DNA from: Patescibacteria group bacterium
GTDB lineage: Bacteria > Patescibacteriota > Minisyncoccia > 2-02-FULL-40-12
NCBI GenBank assembly: GCA_038062015.1
Contig: JBBTXZ010000003.1
Span: 7,857 to 71,856 of the forward strand
Direction of reading: 5' to 3'
Length of the DNA stretch: 64,000 nucleotides
The position numbers were made by a program, and so were the translations under genes. How positions within the stretch are numbered: position 1 is the stretch's first letter; each line of letters starts with the position of its first letter. The notes below the pieces were generated by a model. That model saw nothing but the letters and a program-made list of their open reading frames with translations, was not told where the DNA came from and did not search any database. Positions 35,654-45,826 of the stretch are shown piece by piece.

Positions 35654-38067
35654 GAAAGGTAAGCTCTCTGCCCTGCAATCAGGTTTCGGGTTTGAATTTT
35701 TTGCTCCTTAGAATCTTTAGGCCATCTCAAAGCCGCTTTTAAAACATCGTCCATGTGTTCGACAAAAATAAAATCCACTTCTTTTTTGATTTCTTGGGGT
35801 ACATCATCAAGGTCTTTTTCATTGTCTTTAGGCAGAATTATATTCTTAATGCCAGCCCGGTGAGCAGCCAGAACTTTTTCTTTAAGTCCGCCGATTTCAA
35901 GAACCTTGCCTCTTAAAGTTACCTCTCCAGTCATGGCCACGTCTTTTCTGACTTTAACTCCGGCAAAAAGCGAAACCAAGGCAGTAGAAATGGTTATCCC
36001 CGCTGAGGGACCGTCTTTGGGAATTGCGCCTGAAGGAACATGGATGTGGATGTCGTAATTGTAAAAGTTTTTTGCCAATCTTCCGATGCTTGAAGTGTGA
36101 GCCCGGGAAAAAGATAAAGCCGTCTTAGCCGACTCCTTCATCACATTGCCTAAATGACCAGTAAGTTCCAGCTTCCCTTTACCCGGCATTTTGGTTACTT
36201 CAACAGCCAAAACTTCCCCGCCGACTGAAGTCCAGGCCAATCCCGTGGCTACCCCAATTTCGTCTCTTTTTTCGGCTAATTGGGAAGTGTACCTTTCCGG
36301 ACCCAAGAATTTCCTCAAAGAAGTAGCTTCAACTGAAATTTTTCCGCCTTTCCGATGATTTTCAACTATATCTCTGACATTTTTCCTAACCACTTTGGCT
36401 AATTGCCTTTCCAAATCCCTGACTCCGGCTTCGCGGGTGTATTTAGCGATTATCTCTTTGACTGCCGGGCCGGTGAAATTAACTATTTTCTCGACTCCAT
36501 GCTCTTTAACAAGCTTGGGAATCAGGAACCCCTCGGCAATATGAAATTTTTCATGCTCGGTATAGCCGGGGAATTCTATTATTTCAAGCCGGTCTCTCAA
36601 GGCCGGCGGAATGGTATCTAAAACATTGGCCGTAGTAATGAATAAAACATTAGACAAATCAAATGACACCTCTAGATAATGGTCTGAAAAAGAATAGTTT
36701 TGCTGGGGATCAAGCGCCTCTAAAAGAGCGGCTGACGGATCACCCCTGAAGTCGTAGCCAATCTTATCTATTTCATCAAGCATGAAAACGGGATTATTTA
36801 CTTTAACTGTATGAATGCCCTGAATAATCCGGCCGGGCAAAGCGCCGACATAAGTCCGGCGGTGCCCTCTTATTTCGGCCTCATCCCTTACTCCGCCCAA
36901 AGAAATTCTTAAAAATTTACGGCCTAAAGCCCTTGCAATCGACTGGCCGATTGAAGTTTTTCCGGTTCCGGGCGGACCGATGAAACAAAGAATCGGGCCT
37001 TTAATTTTACCAACCTGCTTTTGAACGGCCAAATATTCTAAAATTCTCTCCTTGGCTTTTTCAAGACCGTAGTGGTCTTCTTCCAGAATTTGGGAAGCTT
37101 TTTTAATGTCTATTTTGCTTTTAGTCGAATCTGACCAAGGAACTTCAACCAACCAATCAAGATAAGTCCTGATATAGGAAACCTCGGGGCTGAAAGACGG
37201 CATTTTTTCCATCCGCTCAAGTTCTTTAGATGCCTTAGCCTCGACTTCTTTAGGCATTTTCGCGTCTTTTATTTTTTTGCGGAGGGTTTCAAATTCAGTT
37301 TTTTCGCCGGAGAGTCCCAGTTCTTTCTCAATACTCCTAAGCTGCTCACGGAGATAAACTTCCTTCTGCATTTTACCAAGCTGTTTTCTGGTTTCTTTAG
37401 CTAGTTTTTTCTCCGTTTCTAAAATCTCGACTTCTTTAAGAAGCTTCTTATTGATTTCCCTAAGGGGCCCCCTTATATCAACCGTTTCGAGTATCTTTTG
37501 TTGATCGACAACACTAAGATAACCAAGCATAGAAAGCTGGGAAACGAGTATGTAAAGAACCTGTTCATAATCCTTGATATTTTTGATTAAATTGAGAAAA
37601 TCCTGGGGAAGAGGCCTTATGACTTCGGAAATCTTGGCGAAATTTTCCAAAATTGACCTGATTAAAGCTCCGGCTTCAACTTCTCCACTGAATTCAATAG
37701 CCAAGGGTTCTATTTTGGCTGAAAGATAAGGCTCGGTTTGGGGATAGTTTAAAATTCTAACTCTTTTAATGCCTTCTACTTCCACCCGAGCTTGACCGCC
37801 GCTCATTTTCATAACCATATTTATTTTGCCCAGTGTCCCGACAGAGTAAAGATTTTCCGGAATAATATCTTCGGAGTGGTTTTTTTGGGTTACGAAGACA
37901 GCCAGTTTGTCTTCTGACATAGCTTTGTCCAAAGCGGCCATGGTTTTAGACCGGCCGATTAAAAGAGGCAGAGGCACGATTAAAGTGGGAAGCAAAACCA
38001 CTTCCCGCAAAGCGATTACCGGAAGTTCTTCTTTAACTATAAAATTATTTGCTTTAAATTCTGCCAT
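35650..38067 (-). CDS. lon: ATP-dependent Lon protease
   Basis: GPPGTGKTS Walker A. LON N-domain. Catalytic KDGPSAGITISTALVS. Confidence 0.95.
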   Translation of the reverse strand: MAEFKANNFIVKEELPVIALREVVLLPTLIVPLPLLIGRSKTMAALDKAMSEDKLAVFVTQKNHSEDIIPENLYSVGTLGKINMVMKMSGGQARVEVEGIKRVRILNYPQTEPYLSAKIEPLAIEFSGEVEAGALIRSILENFAKISEVIRPLPQDFLNLIKNIKDYEQVLYILVSQLSMLGYLSVVDQQKILETVDIRGPLREINKKLLKEVEILETEKKLAKETRKQLGKMQKEVYLREQLRSIEKELGLSGEKTEFETLRKKIKDAKMPKEVEAKASKELERMEKMPSFSPEVSYIRTYLDWLVEVPWSDSTKSKIDIKKASQILEEDHYGLEKAKERILEYLAVQKQVGKIKGPILCFIGPPGTGKTSIGQSIARALGRKFLRISLGGVRDEAEIRGHRRTYVGALPGRIIQGIHTVKVNNPVFMLDEIDKIGYDFRGDPSAALLEALDPQQNYSFSDHYLEVSFDLSNVLFITTANVLDTIPPALRDRLEIIEFPGYTEHEKFHIAEGFLIPKLVKEHGVEKIVNFTGPAVKEIIAKYTREAGVRDLERQLAKVVRKNVRDIVENHRKGGKISVEATSLRKFLGPERYTSQLAEKRDEIGVATGLAWTSVGGEVLAVEVTKMPGKGKLELTGHLGNVMKESAKTALSFSRAHTSSIGRLAKNFYNYDIHIHVPSGAIPKDGPSAGITISTALVSLFAGVKVRKDVAMTGEVTLRGKVLEIGGLKEKVLAAHRAGIKNIILPKDNEKDLDDVPQEIKKEVDFIFVEHMDDVLKAALRWPKDSKEQKIQTRNLIAGQRAYLS

Positions 38068-38085
38068 CTTTTTACTTATTATTTT

Positions 38086-38367
38086 TTACTTATTACTTAA
38101 ATAAACTTCGTCGCCTTCTTTCACTTTCTCCTTCACTTTTATCCCGACCACGTCACCTTTTCCGGCCTCGTCAATCTGGTCATGCTCAATCTGCATTGAA
38201 TCAACTGTTTGTTCAAAATCGACGCTCTTGCCCTTTAAATGAACAGTATCTCCCTTTTTCAGCTTATCCGATAATTCAACGATTCCGACGCCGATACCGT
38301 TATAATAATGAGTTATTTTACCAATTAATTTTTCATCCACCCCGTTAAGAAGTAGTATCAGCCACAC
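38086..38367 (-). CDS. Small EF-Tu-domain-2-like beta-barrel protein. GTG start.
   Basis: KITHYYNGIGVGIVEL...GDTVHLKG...GKGDVVGIKV pattern. Confidence 0.5.
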   Translation of the reverse strand: MWLILLLNGVDEKLIGKITHYYNGIGVGIVELSDKLKKGDTVHLKGKSVDFEQTVDSMQIEHDQIDEAGKGDVVGIKVKEKVKEGDEVYLSNK

Positions 38368-38424
38368 ACAGGTTTCACCGATGTATCTTTGATACTTACT
38401 TAAATTATACTATCACTTTGTGAT

Positions 38425-38510
38425 GCTCCCCGCTAGGCCCCGTTAGAGGCCGCAAGGGCTCACAGCGTGCCTCTGCCTCTAACAGGGTAGGGCTACTTCT
38501 AACGGGGTCC
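38425..38510 (-). ncRNA. GC-rich structured RNA candidate (family not identified)
   Basis: Outer 10-bp stem CCCCGTTAGA/TCTAACGGGG enclosing the GAGGC...GCCTC stem and a third GTTAGAGG repeat. About 65% GC in a 35% GC genome. Lies 3' of the LOG-family gene and 5' of the small EF-Tu-like gene. Confidence 0.35.
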
Positions 38511-38549
38511 ATCAAGTTTTTATGTAAACATTATAAACTCTTTCGACCG

Positions 38550-39134
38550 TTATTCTCCTGCTGGCGGAGAAATTTTAAGTTCTTCTTGTTCTTGTTCGAT
38601 TAATTTTACGAGCTTAGTCACCAGTTCTTTCGGTTCATTAGAAAAAACCACTTTGCCGGCGCCGTGCCGATGAGGATCTTTGATATTAATCAAAAGGTTC
38701 GAAATTTCTTCGGCCGCGCCGCCGGTGCCGGTTAAGATCCCGATTGGCTTATTGTCTTCCAAAGCAATCGTAAATTCATTCAAAGTTCCAAAGCCGCCGC
38801 ATATAACTATAACAGCGTCGGCAGACTTTGTCAATAATAAATTCCTTCCTGAATAATCAAATCCAGTAAAAATAATAGTGTCATAATATTGGATCGGAAG
38901 TTTATAGGTTTTCAGGTGGTGCTGATAAGAAGCGGCTGGGCTCACGCCGATGACAATGCCGCCTTCCTCTTTCGCTCCCTTAGCTGAAAAATCAGGAATA
39001 CCGCTAGTGGCGCCGGTAAGCAGTATCCCGCCTTGGCGGATTATTTCCCGGCCGACTTCTTCGGCTTTTTGGGGCGCGTCTATTTCACAAAAACCCGGAT
39101 CAGCCGCTCCGGAAACAGCAAACTTATATTTCAT
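38550..39134 (-). CDS. LOG/TIGR00725-family Rossmann-fold protein
   Basis: GGILLTGATSGIP ... VIVICGGFGTLNEF. Confidence 0.65.
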   Translation of the reverse strand: MKYKFAVSGAADPGFCEIDAPQKAEEVGREIIRQGGILLTGATSGIPDFSAKGAKEEGGIVIGVSPAASYQHHLKTYKLPIQYYDTIIFTGFDYSGRNLLLTKSADAVIVICGGFGTLNEFTIALEDNKPIGILTGTGGAAEEISNLLINIKDPHRHGAGKVVFSNEPKELVTKLVKLIEQEQEELKISPPAGE

Positions 39135-39156
39135 TATTTAAATATACTCCGTACTT

Positions 39157-39972
39157 TTAAAAAAATAAAGCTACAAGATATCCTACTATCGACATAGCTG
39201 CAATCGGCGGCAAGGCCGCCATCGGCCGCCTGGTTTTCTGGGTAATGAAAAGATAATAAGTCAAAAAGAGGCCGAGCATAGAAAAAAGGAAAACAACCAG
39301 TCCGCTGGCCAAACCGTGAAATCCGATAACCGAGGCAATCAAAAGAAGCGGCATAACTATATCGCCTGAGCCTAAAATCATAAACTCGCTACCGGGCACT
39401 CTGACATTTCTAAGATTTTCTTTCCAGCCCTGAAATTTTTTGGGAATAACCAGACCGAAAATCGCCCTTGATTTAATCATATCCTCGGCCATCTTGACCA
39501 TATGGCCGGTTTTATAGACAGCGATGATGTCGTAAAAAGATAAAATCAGCAAAAGAATAATAACTGACAAAGGTTTAAGCGAAATTCCTAAAACAGCACC
39601 GATGCCAGCCAGAGCCAGGACAATTCCGATATTGTGAAGCAGGACTATTTTTGCTTTCAAAACCCCGAAAGTAAGCAAAACGGCGATAAGAGTGGAAACA
39701 ATAACTTCGTTAAAAAGAAGAGAAAAAACCGTCTGGCTACCGGCAAAAACAGCAAGACCGAGAATCAATCTGAAAAAGAAAGCTGATTTGCGGGAAAATT
39801 TTCTGGTAAAATAAATAAAAAGAGTTAAGAAAATCAGGAAAAAAACTATTTCGCCGGCGGTCAAATCAAAGGCAATCTGATTTTGGATTAAAGTCTGGCT
39901 TTTCAAAACTACAAAAATCCCAATCAACTGGGTCATCGCAAAAAGTAATAATTCTTGAAAAAACAAAATCAA
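39157..39972 (-). CDS. Presenilin/signal-peptide-peptidase-like intramembrane aspartyl protease (A22)
   Basis: YD motif (LSFYDIIAVY), GxGD motif (ILGSGDIVMP), PAL-like AALPPIA. About 8 TM helices. Confidence 0.55.
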   Translation of the reverse strand: MILFFQELLLFAMTQLIGIFVVLKSQTLIQNQIAFDLTAGEIVFFLIFLTLFIYFTRKFSRKSAFFFRLILGLAVFAGSQTVFSLLFNEVIVSTLIAVLLTFGVLKAKIVLLHNIGIVLALAGIGAVLGISLKPLSVIILLLILSFYDIIAVYKTGHMVKMAEDMIKSRAIFGLVIPKKFQGWKENLRNVRVPGSEFMILGSGDIVMPLLLIASVIGFHGLASGLVVFLFSMLGLFLTYYLFITQKTRRPMAALPPIAAMSIVGYLVALFF

Positions 39973-39974
39973 AG

Positions 39975-40757
39975 TTATCTATAATAAATCCTATTATTCA
40001 CCCGCAGATCGATGTATTGAAGGTTTTGGCGGCGGTCAGCCGGAAGTTTTTCTTCTAAAAATTTCTTCAACGCCACCAACTGGGTCGGGATATCGCTTTC
40101 TTTATCCAAATAGACATACCAGCCTTCCTTGGTCTTTATCCAAAACTCAAACGAGCCCGGCGCTAGAAAAAAATTATTATAAGCAACTATTTTCAACTCG
40201 TCTAAGATTTTTTTAGCTGAATTTATCTTTTCAAGAAATTCCCGATCGTCAAGACTGTCGGTCAAATTAAAGTCCCTTTCCCGACCGTCTTCTATAGCCA
40301 GAAGCGCTTCGCCTGAAAATCGGGCAGCTGGTTTAAATAAAAACCCGTCTTTATCTAAATAGAAGCATTGGTCCTGCCCGCTTTTGCACCATATTCCGGC
40401 CGCCTTCCTTTCATCTATCCGGACGCTTAAATATTTATTGAAAAAATTTTTGCTGACGTCGGCTTGGCCAATGATCGGAAAATTTTCTTTGAGAGAATCC
40501 TCTATCTTTTTAGAACTGGAAAAAAGAATATTTGAAAACGGCTTGGTTATTTTTTTAATCTCTTCTTCGCTTATTTCCTGATTGCCGCTTAATTCAATTC
40601 CTTTTACTGAAAACCAGCCGGAAAAAAATAAGGCATAAGCCCCAAATATGATAAAGGTTGCCAGCGAAGAAACAACCAAAAAAGCGACTCTGATTTTTCG
40701 CTTTTTTCTTTTACTTCTTAACTCGTCGCGGTAGCCATGTTGTAAATATCTATCCAT
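39975..40757 (-). CDS. ftsQ: Cell division protein FtsQ/DivIB-like (POTRA)
   Basis: Basic N-terminus, single TM helix, VKGIELSGNQEISEEEI POTRA start. Confidence 0.6.
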   Translation of the reverse strand: MDRYLQHGYRDELRSKRKKRKIRVAFLVVSSLATFIIFGAYALFFSGWFSVKGIELSGNQEISEEEIKKITKPFSNILFSSSKKIEDSLKENFPIIGQADVSKNFFNKYLSVRIDERKAAGIWCKSGQDQCFYLDKDGFLFKPAARFSGEALLAIEDGRERDFNLTDSLDDREFLEKINSAKKILDELKIVAYNNFFLAPGSFEFWIKTKEGWYVYLDKESDIPTQLVALKKFLEEKLPADRRQNLQYIDLRVNNRIYYR

Positions 40758-40816
40758 ATTCCAGTCTCATTTTTATGCTATAGCATAAAAATGAGACTCA
40801 TAAAATTATGTGGAAA

Positions 40817-42091
40817 TTATAAATTTTTCAAAGCTTTCGGGATTTTTATTGAGCCGTCTTTTTGCTGGTAGTTTTCGAGAATAGCCAAAATAGGTCTTTC
40901 GGGAAAGACGGTCCCATTCAACATATGGACAAATTCCAAATCGCCGTTTTTTCTTCTTAGCCTGATATTCAGACGGCGCGACTGAAAGTCGGTCGCGTTT
41001 GAAGTCGAATGGGTCTCCTTGTATTCGCCTAATCCCGGAAACCAGGTTTCAATGTCAAAAGTTGACGCCGAGGGCCTTGCTAAATCTCCAGTTGAAAGAT
41101 GAACCACTCTGTAAAACAGACCAAGCTCTTTCATTAATTCTTCTTCAACCGCCAAAAATAATTTATGCTCGGAAACAGAATCTTCCGGTCTGGTGTATGA
41201 AAACATCTCCAGTTTATTAAATTGATGAACCCGCATTATTCCACGGACATCTTTTCCATAACTGCCGGCTTCGCGCCGGAAACAGGAAGAAAAAGCGAGA
41301 TACCGAACCGGCAAATCTTTTTCCTCAAAAATTTCATCCATGTGCATCGGTCCGATTGATTGTTCTGAAGTGCCGACCAGATACTTTTTATCTTTTTCCA
41401 AAAAATATCTCTCTTCGCGGTCAGCTTCCGTATCAATATAGCCCATTCCTTTCATTGCTTTTTCGCTTATTAAAACCGGCGGAATCACTGGAATAAATTC
41501 TTGGTCGGAAACATTTAACTTATTTTTCCTGGCAATTTTCCCGACCCACTTTTTGTGTGTTAATCTAGCTAAAGTAAAATTTATCAGGGCAAATTCGAGC
41601 CGGGCGCCAAGCCCTTTCAGATAACCGAAACGGGAACCAGAAACTTTAGCCGCTCTTTCAATATCAATAATTTCCAGCGACTCCCCTATTTCATAATGTT
41701 TTTTTGGTTCAAAACTAAATTTCGGCCTCTCCCCTGCTTCATATAAAATTTTGTTGCTTTTCTCGTCTTTGCCGACCGGCACATCAGCCAAAGGCAGATT
41801 CGGCAACTGATATAAACTTTCATTTAAATTCTTTTCAACCAACTCCAATTCGCTTTCGAGAATTTTGATTTCTTCTTTCAGTTTTTTGAGATTCTCAATC
41901 TCAATCGGATTCGGAATCTTTTTTGACCCCCTATTCATTTCTGCCCTCCCCTCTTCCAATTCCTTCAAAACATGCCTCCGCCTTTCATCTAAACTCAAAA
42001 TGCTATCTACTGACTCGGCGTCAAAATTCCGCTTCTTCAAGCCTTCTTTGACTTCTTCTGGATTTTGTCGGATAAATTTGATGTCAAGCAT
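40817..42091 (-). CDS. serS: Seryl-tRNA synthetase
   Basis: MLDIKFIRQNPE coiled-coil N-domain and class II motifs. Confidence 0.9.
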   Translation of the reverse strand: MLDIKFIRQNPEEVKEGLKKRNFDAESVDSILSLDERRRHVLKELEEGRAEMNRGSKKIPNPIEIENLKKLKEEIKILESELELVEKNLNESLYQLPNLPLADVPVGKDEKSNKILYEAGERPKFSFEPKKHYEIGESLEIIDIERAAKVSGSRFGYLKGLGARLEFALINFTLARLTHKKWVGKIARKNKLNVSDQEFIPVIPPVLISEKAMKGMGYIDTEADREERYFLEKDKKYLVGTSEQSIGPMHMDEIFEEKDLPVRYLAFSSCFRREAGSYGKDVRGIMRVHQFNKLEMFSYTRPEDSVSEHKLFLAVEEELMKELGLFYRVVHLSTGDLARPSASTFDIETWFPGLGEYKETHSTSNATDFQSRRLNIRLRRKNGDLEFVHMLNGTVFPERPILAILENYQQKDGSIKIPKALKNL

Positions 42092-42128
42092 AATTTATTA
42101 TACGATGATATATCATTATATCATCGTG

Positions 42129-43442
42129 CTATTCTTTCAGTTTCATCGTTGGGAATAGGATTATTTCGCGCAAATTTTTCGAATTAGTCAAAAACATAAC
42201 CAGACGGTCTATGCCGATGCCAATTCCGGCCGCCGGCGGCATTCCGTATTCCAAGGCCTCCAGAAATTCCTTATCATAAGGATGAATTTCGTCGCCTTTT
42301 AATTTTTTTTGTTCATTAAACCTTTCTTTTTGGTCCAAGGGATCATTAAGTTCTGAAAAGGCGTTGCATAATTCAAAACCGCCGGCAATAAGCTGGAACC
42401 GGGCAACATGATGTTCATCTCCTTCTAATTTCTTGGCCAAGGGCGATAGATTAATTGGATGGTCAATTACAAAAGTAGGCTCAATGATTTCCGGCCGGAT
42501 TTTTTTAAAAATTTCATCGGGATTATCTTTTTCTTTCACCAATTCATTAAACTTAATTCTTTTGAAAGGCTTTTTAAAGTTTTCATTTAAATGAACAAAA
42601 AGGTCTTCTGTAAATTCCATTAACCAATTATAATCTTTGTAGGCAAAGTAAGCTTCTAACATTGTAAATTCAGGATTATGGTCGCGGTCAATGCCCTCGT
42701 TCCTGAAATTCCGGCCGATTTCAAAAACGCTTTCAAAACCGCCGATTAAAAGCCGCTTAAGAAAAAGTTCTGGTGCCACTCGAAGATATAAATCCAAATC
42801 AAGAGTGTTTAAATAAGTCTTAAAAGGCTTAGCCAAAGCTCCGCCAGGAATAGTCTGGAGAATCGGCGTTTCAACTTCAATACATCCCCGGTCTAAAAAA
42901 TACTGCCTGATTTTTTGGATTATTTTAAACCTGGATTCAAACCTGCTTTTAACATCCTCGCTGAATATCAAATCCAGATATCTTTTTCTGAATCTCTCTT
43001 CTATATCCTGCAAGCCGTGCCATTTTTCCGGCAAAGGCAAAAGCGTTTTTGTCAGCATTCGGAAACTTTGAACTTCCAGAGTCGGTTCGCCGGCTTTGGT
43101 TTTCATTAAGACGCCGTCTGCTTCAATAAAATCGCCGATGTCGAAATTTTCAACAAAAAATTGGTATTTTTTTTCGCCGAGAACGTCTTTTTTGAAAAAA
43201 AGCTGAATCTTGCCGCTCTCGTCTTTTAAATCGTTGAACAAAGAACCGCCATGCTCCCGCAAAGACATTAAACGGCCAGTCAGAGTCACTTTTTCGCCAA
43301 TTCCTGATAAATCATCAAAATTTTCCAAAACTTCCGAAACCCTATGTGAACGAAAACTCTCCGCCGGATATGGATCAACTCCGGCTTTTCTTATATTTTC
43401 CAGTTTCTTCAGCCTCGCTTTTCTTATTTCTTCCAAAGCCAT
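42129..43442 (-). CDS. lysS: Lysyl-tRNA synthetase (class II)
   Basis: OB anticodon-binding domain. EYGMPPAAGIGIGIDRLVMFLTNS motif 3. Confidence 0.9.
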   Translation of the reverse strand: MALEEIRKARLKKLENIRKAGVDPYPAESFRSHRVSEVLENFDDLSGIGEKVTLTGRLMSLREHGGSLFNDLKDESGKIQLFFKKDVLGEKKYQFFVENFDIGDFIEADGVLMKTKAGEPTLEVQSFRMLTKTLLPLPEKWHGLQDIEERFRKRYLDLIFSEDVKSRFESRFKIIQKIRQYFLDRGCIEVETPILQTIPGGALAKPFKTYLNTLDLDLYLRVAPELFLKRLLIGGFESVFEIGRNFRNEGIDRDHNPEFTMLEAYFAYKDYNWLMEFTEDLFVHLNENFKKPFKRIKFNELVKEKDNPDEIFKKIRPEIIEPTFVIDHPINLSPLAKKLEGDEHHVARFQLIAGGFELCNAFSELNDPLDQKERFNEQKKLKGDEIHPYDKEFLEALEYGMPPAAGIGIGIDRLVMFLTNSKNLREIILFPTMKLKE

Positions 43443-43513
43443 GATTTTAGGATAGCAAAAAAACTTGCTCGGGTATAGCCAATTTCTAAAAGAATAATAG
43501 TGGAGGATTCCTT

Positions 43514-43966
43514 CTATAATATCTCCAAAATCTTGTACCTCGCTTTGCCTCTAAGCGTTTCCACTTCTATTTCATCTCCTTTCTTATGCCCCAAAAACGC
43601 CTTGCCCAGAGGCGACTCGTCGGAAATAAAACCCTTAGCCGGATCTGCCTCGGACGAACCGACAATGGTGAATTGCTGAATCCCGAACTTAGATTCAACT
43701 TTCACTTGAGCACTGACTTCAACAGCTTCATGATTGTGGCCGGCTTCCCTGGAAACCAACTGGGCCCGCCTTAAAATCTCCTCCATTTCCAAAATCCTTC
43801 CCTCATTGAAAGACTGAATCGACAAGGCCTCCTGATATTCGGCATTTTCAGAGAAATCTCCGAGCGCTTTCGCTTCCTGGATTTTTTGGGAAATTTCGAG
43901 GCGCGAAAACTTTCTCTTCTCAAGTTCGTCTTTTATTTTTTTTAGTCCTTCCTGGCTTAAGTACAT
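43514..43966 (-). CDS. greA: Transcription elongation factor GreA
   Basis: LSQEGLKKIKDELE...GDFSENAEY. Confidence 0.85.
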   Translation of the reverse strand: MYLSQEGLKKIKDELEKRKFSRLEISQKIQEAKALGDFSENAEYQEALSIQSFNEGRILEMEEILRRAQLVSREAGHNHEAVEVSAQVKVESKFGIQQFTIVGSSEADPAKGFISDESPLGKAFLGHKKGDEIEVETLRGKARYKILEIL

Positions 43967-45826
43967 TTATTTAAAATAGTTTTTTAGAATCCGATACGCT
44001 ATCTGATGCGGTATGTAACTTCCTTCTTTACCCGATTCTATCATTATTGTCAACGCAATCTGTGGATTATCATAGGGAGCGAAAACAGAAATCCAGGAAT
44101 TAGTGCTTTGGCCCTTGATCACTTCGGCCGTTCCACTCTTAGCCCCAACTTCAAAAGGCAGACCAGATAAAACCTTGGCGGTGCCGATCTCGGCGGCCAG
44201 CTTCATGCCCTCTCGGACAACCTTCAGGCTTTCTTCATTGAAATTTAATTCCTGGATAATTTCCGGCTCAAAAGTTTTAATGACGGCGCCTTTTTCATCT
44301 AAAACCTTATCCGCTATGAAAGGCCGATATAAAGCATGGCCGTTGCCAAAAGCCCCGATAAAAGAAGCAACCCAAAGAGGTGTAGCCAATAAATCGCCTT
44401 GGCCGATTGAAACATTAAAAGTATCGCCCTGATACCAGGTTTCTCCGCGAAAATCTTTTTTCCATTCCTGACTCGGCACAAAACCGGCCACCTCGCCTGC
44501 TAAATCTATGCCCAGAAGTGAATTAATTCTAAAAAGCTTAAAATACTCGGCGATCTTTTGAATGCCAAGTCCTTCAACGTCGTAAAAGCCGCCGCCGACG
44601 GTGTAAAAATAAATATCAGAGGAATTAGCGATAGCTTCTTTCATATTCACCCAGCCGTGGTTTTTCCAATCTCTGAAAGTATAAATAATTTCAGGATTAA
44701 AAGGATTGGGAATAGTGATTAGGCCGGGAGCGTTGATTTTTTTTAACGGACTAATCACCTTTTCCTCCAAAGCCGCCAAAGCGATAATCGGTTTTATCGT
44801 TGAACCCGGGGCGAATCGACCAGAAATTACCCGATTAAGCAAAGGCTCTCTCCGATTCTCAAAAAATAATCTAAATTCTTCGGAACTTAATCCATCAGTG
44901 AAGCTCGAATTGTCATATGAAGGCAGGCTGACTAAAGATAAGATCCGGCCATCTCTCGGATCTAAAGCCAAAGCCGTTCCGGAGCGCGAACCAATTTCTT
45001 TTAAGGCCCCATCTAATTCCCGATAGATATTTTTTTGCAATTCAGAATCTATATTTAAAACTAAGCTGTTCCCTTTTTGAGGCACCGAAATCTGATTTTC
45101 GTCTTTGAAACGATTGATAAGAACCTGGCCCCGCCGACCTTTTAACTCGCTTTCATAAAAACTCTCAAGGCCTTCGCGACCGATCTGATCATTGATTTTA
45201 TAATAACCGTCCCTATTGAGATCGTCTTGACTGACCAAACTCACATAACCGATTAAATGTGAAAAAATCTCGCCGTCCGGATAAATTCTGGTACTGCTAA
45301 TGGCAACAAGAAGATTCGTAAAATTCAAGGCCAGAATTCTTTCTTTCTCTTCTTCAGTAAGATCTTTTTTCACTAAAAAAGAAGCCCTGTTCATGTTCTT
45401 TTCAATCAGCTCTGAAAGAAAGTCATGAGGCAAGCCGATAGCTTCAGATAATTTTGAAATTAACTCCTCTTTTTTGCCAGAGCCGACCGGAATTTTTGAA
45501 GGAATCAACCAAAGACTGAAACTTTCTTTATTTGAAGCCAGAAGATTCCCTTCTTTCGAATAAATCAATCCGCGCTGGGGAGGAAGCGGTATTGAAATAA
45601 ATTGATTTTTAGCCGAAAGATCGGCGAAATAACCGCCTTTTACAATCCCAAGATTAAAACCGGCAATCGTAAAAACTCCTAATAGTATCAGAATCCCAAA
45701 ATAAAAAATAATAAAAAAAACAGACATTATCGGTCTTTCAATCTTTGATTCGGGCGAAACTGATTCTAAAAACGACTCTTCTGGATTAAGAGCGTCGCTG
45801 TCTAAACTAACCTTATAGTTTCTCAT
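43967..45826 (-). CDS. mrdA: Penicillin-binding protein 2 (transpeptidase)
   Basis: SGSTIKP (SxxK), S-x-N and KSGT motifs. N-terminal TM helix. Confidence 0.85.
   Translation of the reverse strand: MRNYKVSLDSDALNPEESFLESVSPESKIERPIMSVFFIIFYFGILILLGVFTIAGFNLGIVKGGYFADLSAKNQFISIPLPPQRGLIYSKEGNLLASNKESFSLWLIPSKIPVGSGKKEELISKLSEAIGLPHDFLSELIEKNMNRASFLVKKDLTEEEKERILALNFTNLLVAISSTRIYPDGEIFSHLIGYVSLVSQDDLNRDGYYKINDQIGREGLESFYESELKGRRGQVLINRFKDENQISVPQKGNSLVLNIDSELQKNIYRELDGALKEIGSRSGTALALDPRDGRILSLVSLPSYDNSSFTDGLSSEEFRLFFENRREPLLNRVISGRFAPGSTIKPIIALAALEEKVISPLKKINAPGLITIPNPFNPEIIYTFRDWKNHGWVNMKEAIANSSDIYFYTVGGGFYDVEGLGIQKIAEYFKLFRINSLLGIDLAGEVAGFVPSQEWKKDFRGETWYQGDTFNVSIGQGDLLATPLWVASFIGAFGNGHALYRPFIADKVLDEKGAVIKTFEPEIIQELNFNEESLKVVREGMKLAAEIGTAKVLSGLPFEVGAKSGTAEVIKGQSTNSWISVFAPYDNPQIALTIMIESGKEGSYIPHQIAYRILKNYFK

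Noticed and set aside
42096-42122. 11-bp hairpin ACGATGATATA-TCAT-TATATCATCGT between lysS and serS
   Set aside because: A single small hairpin downstream of the lysS stop, most simply a terminator or attenuator. Not repeated elsewhere in the window.
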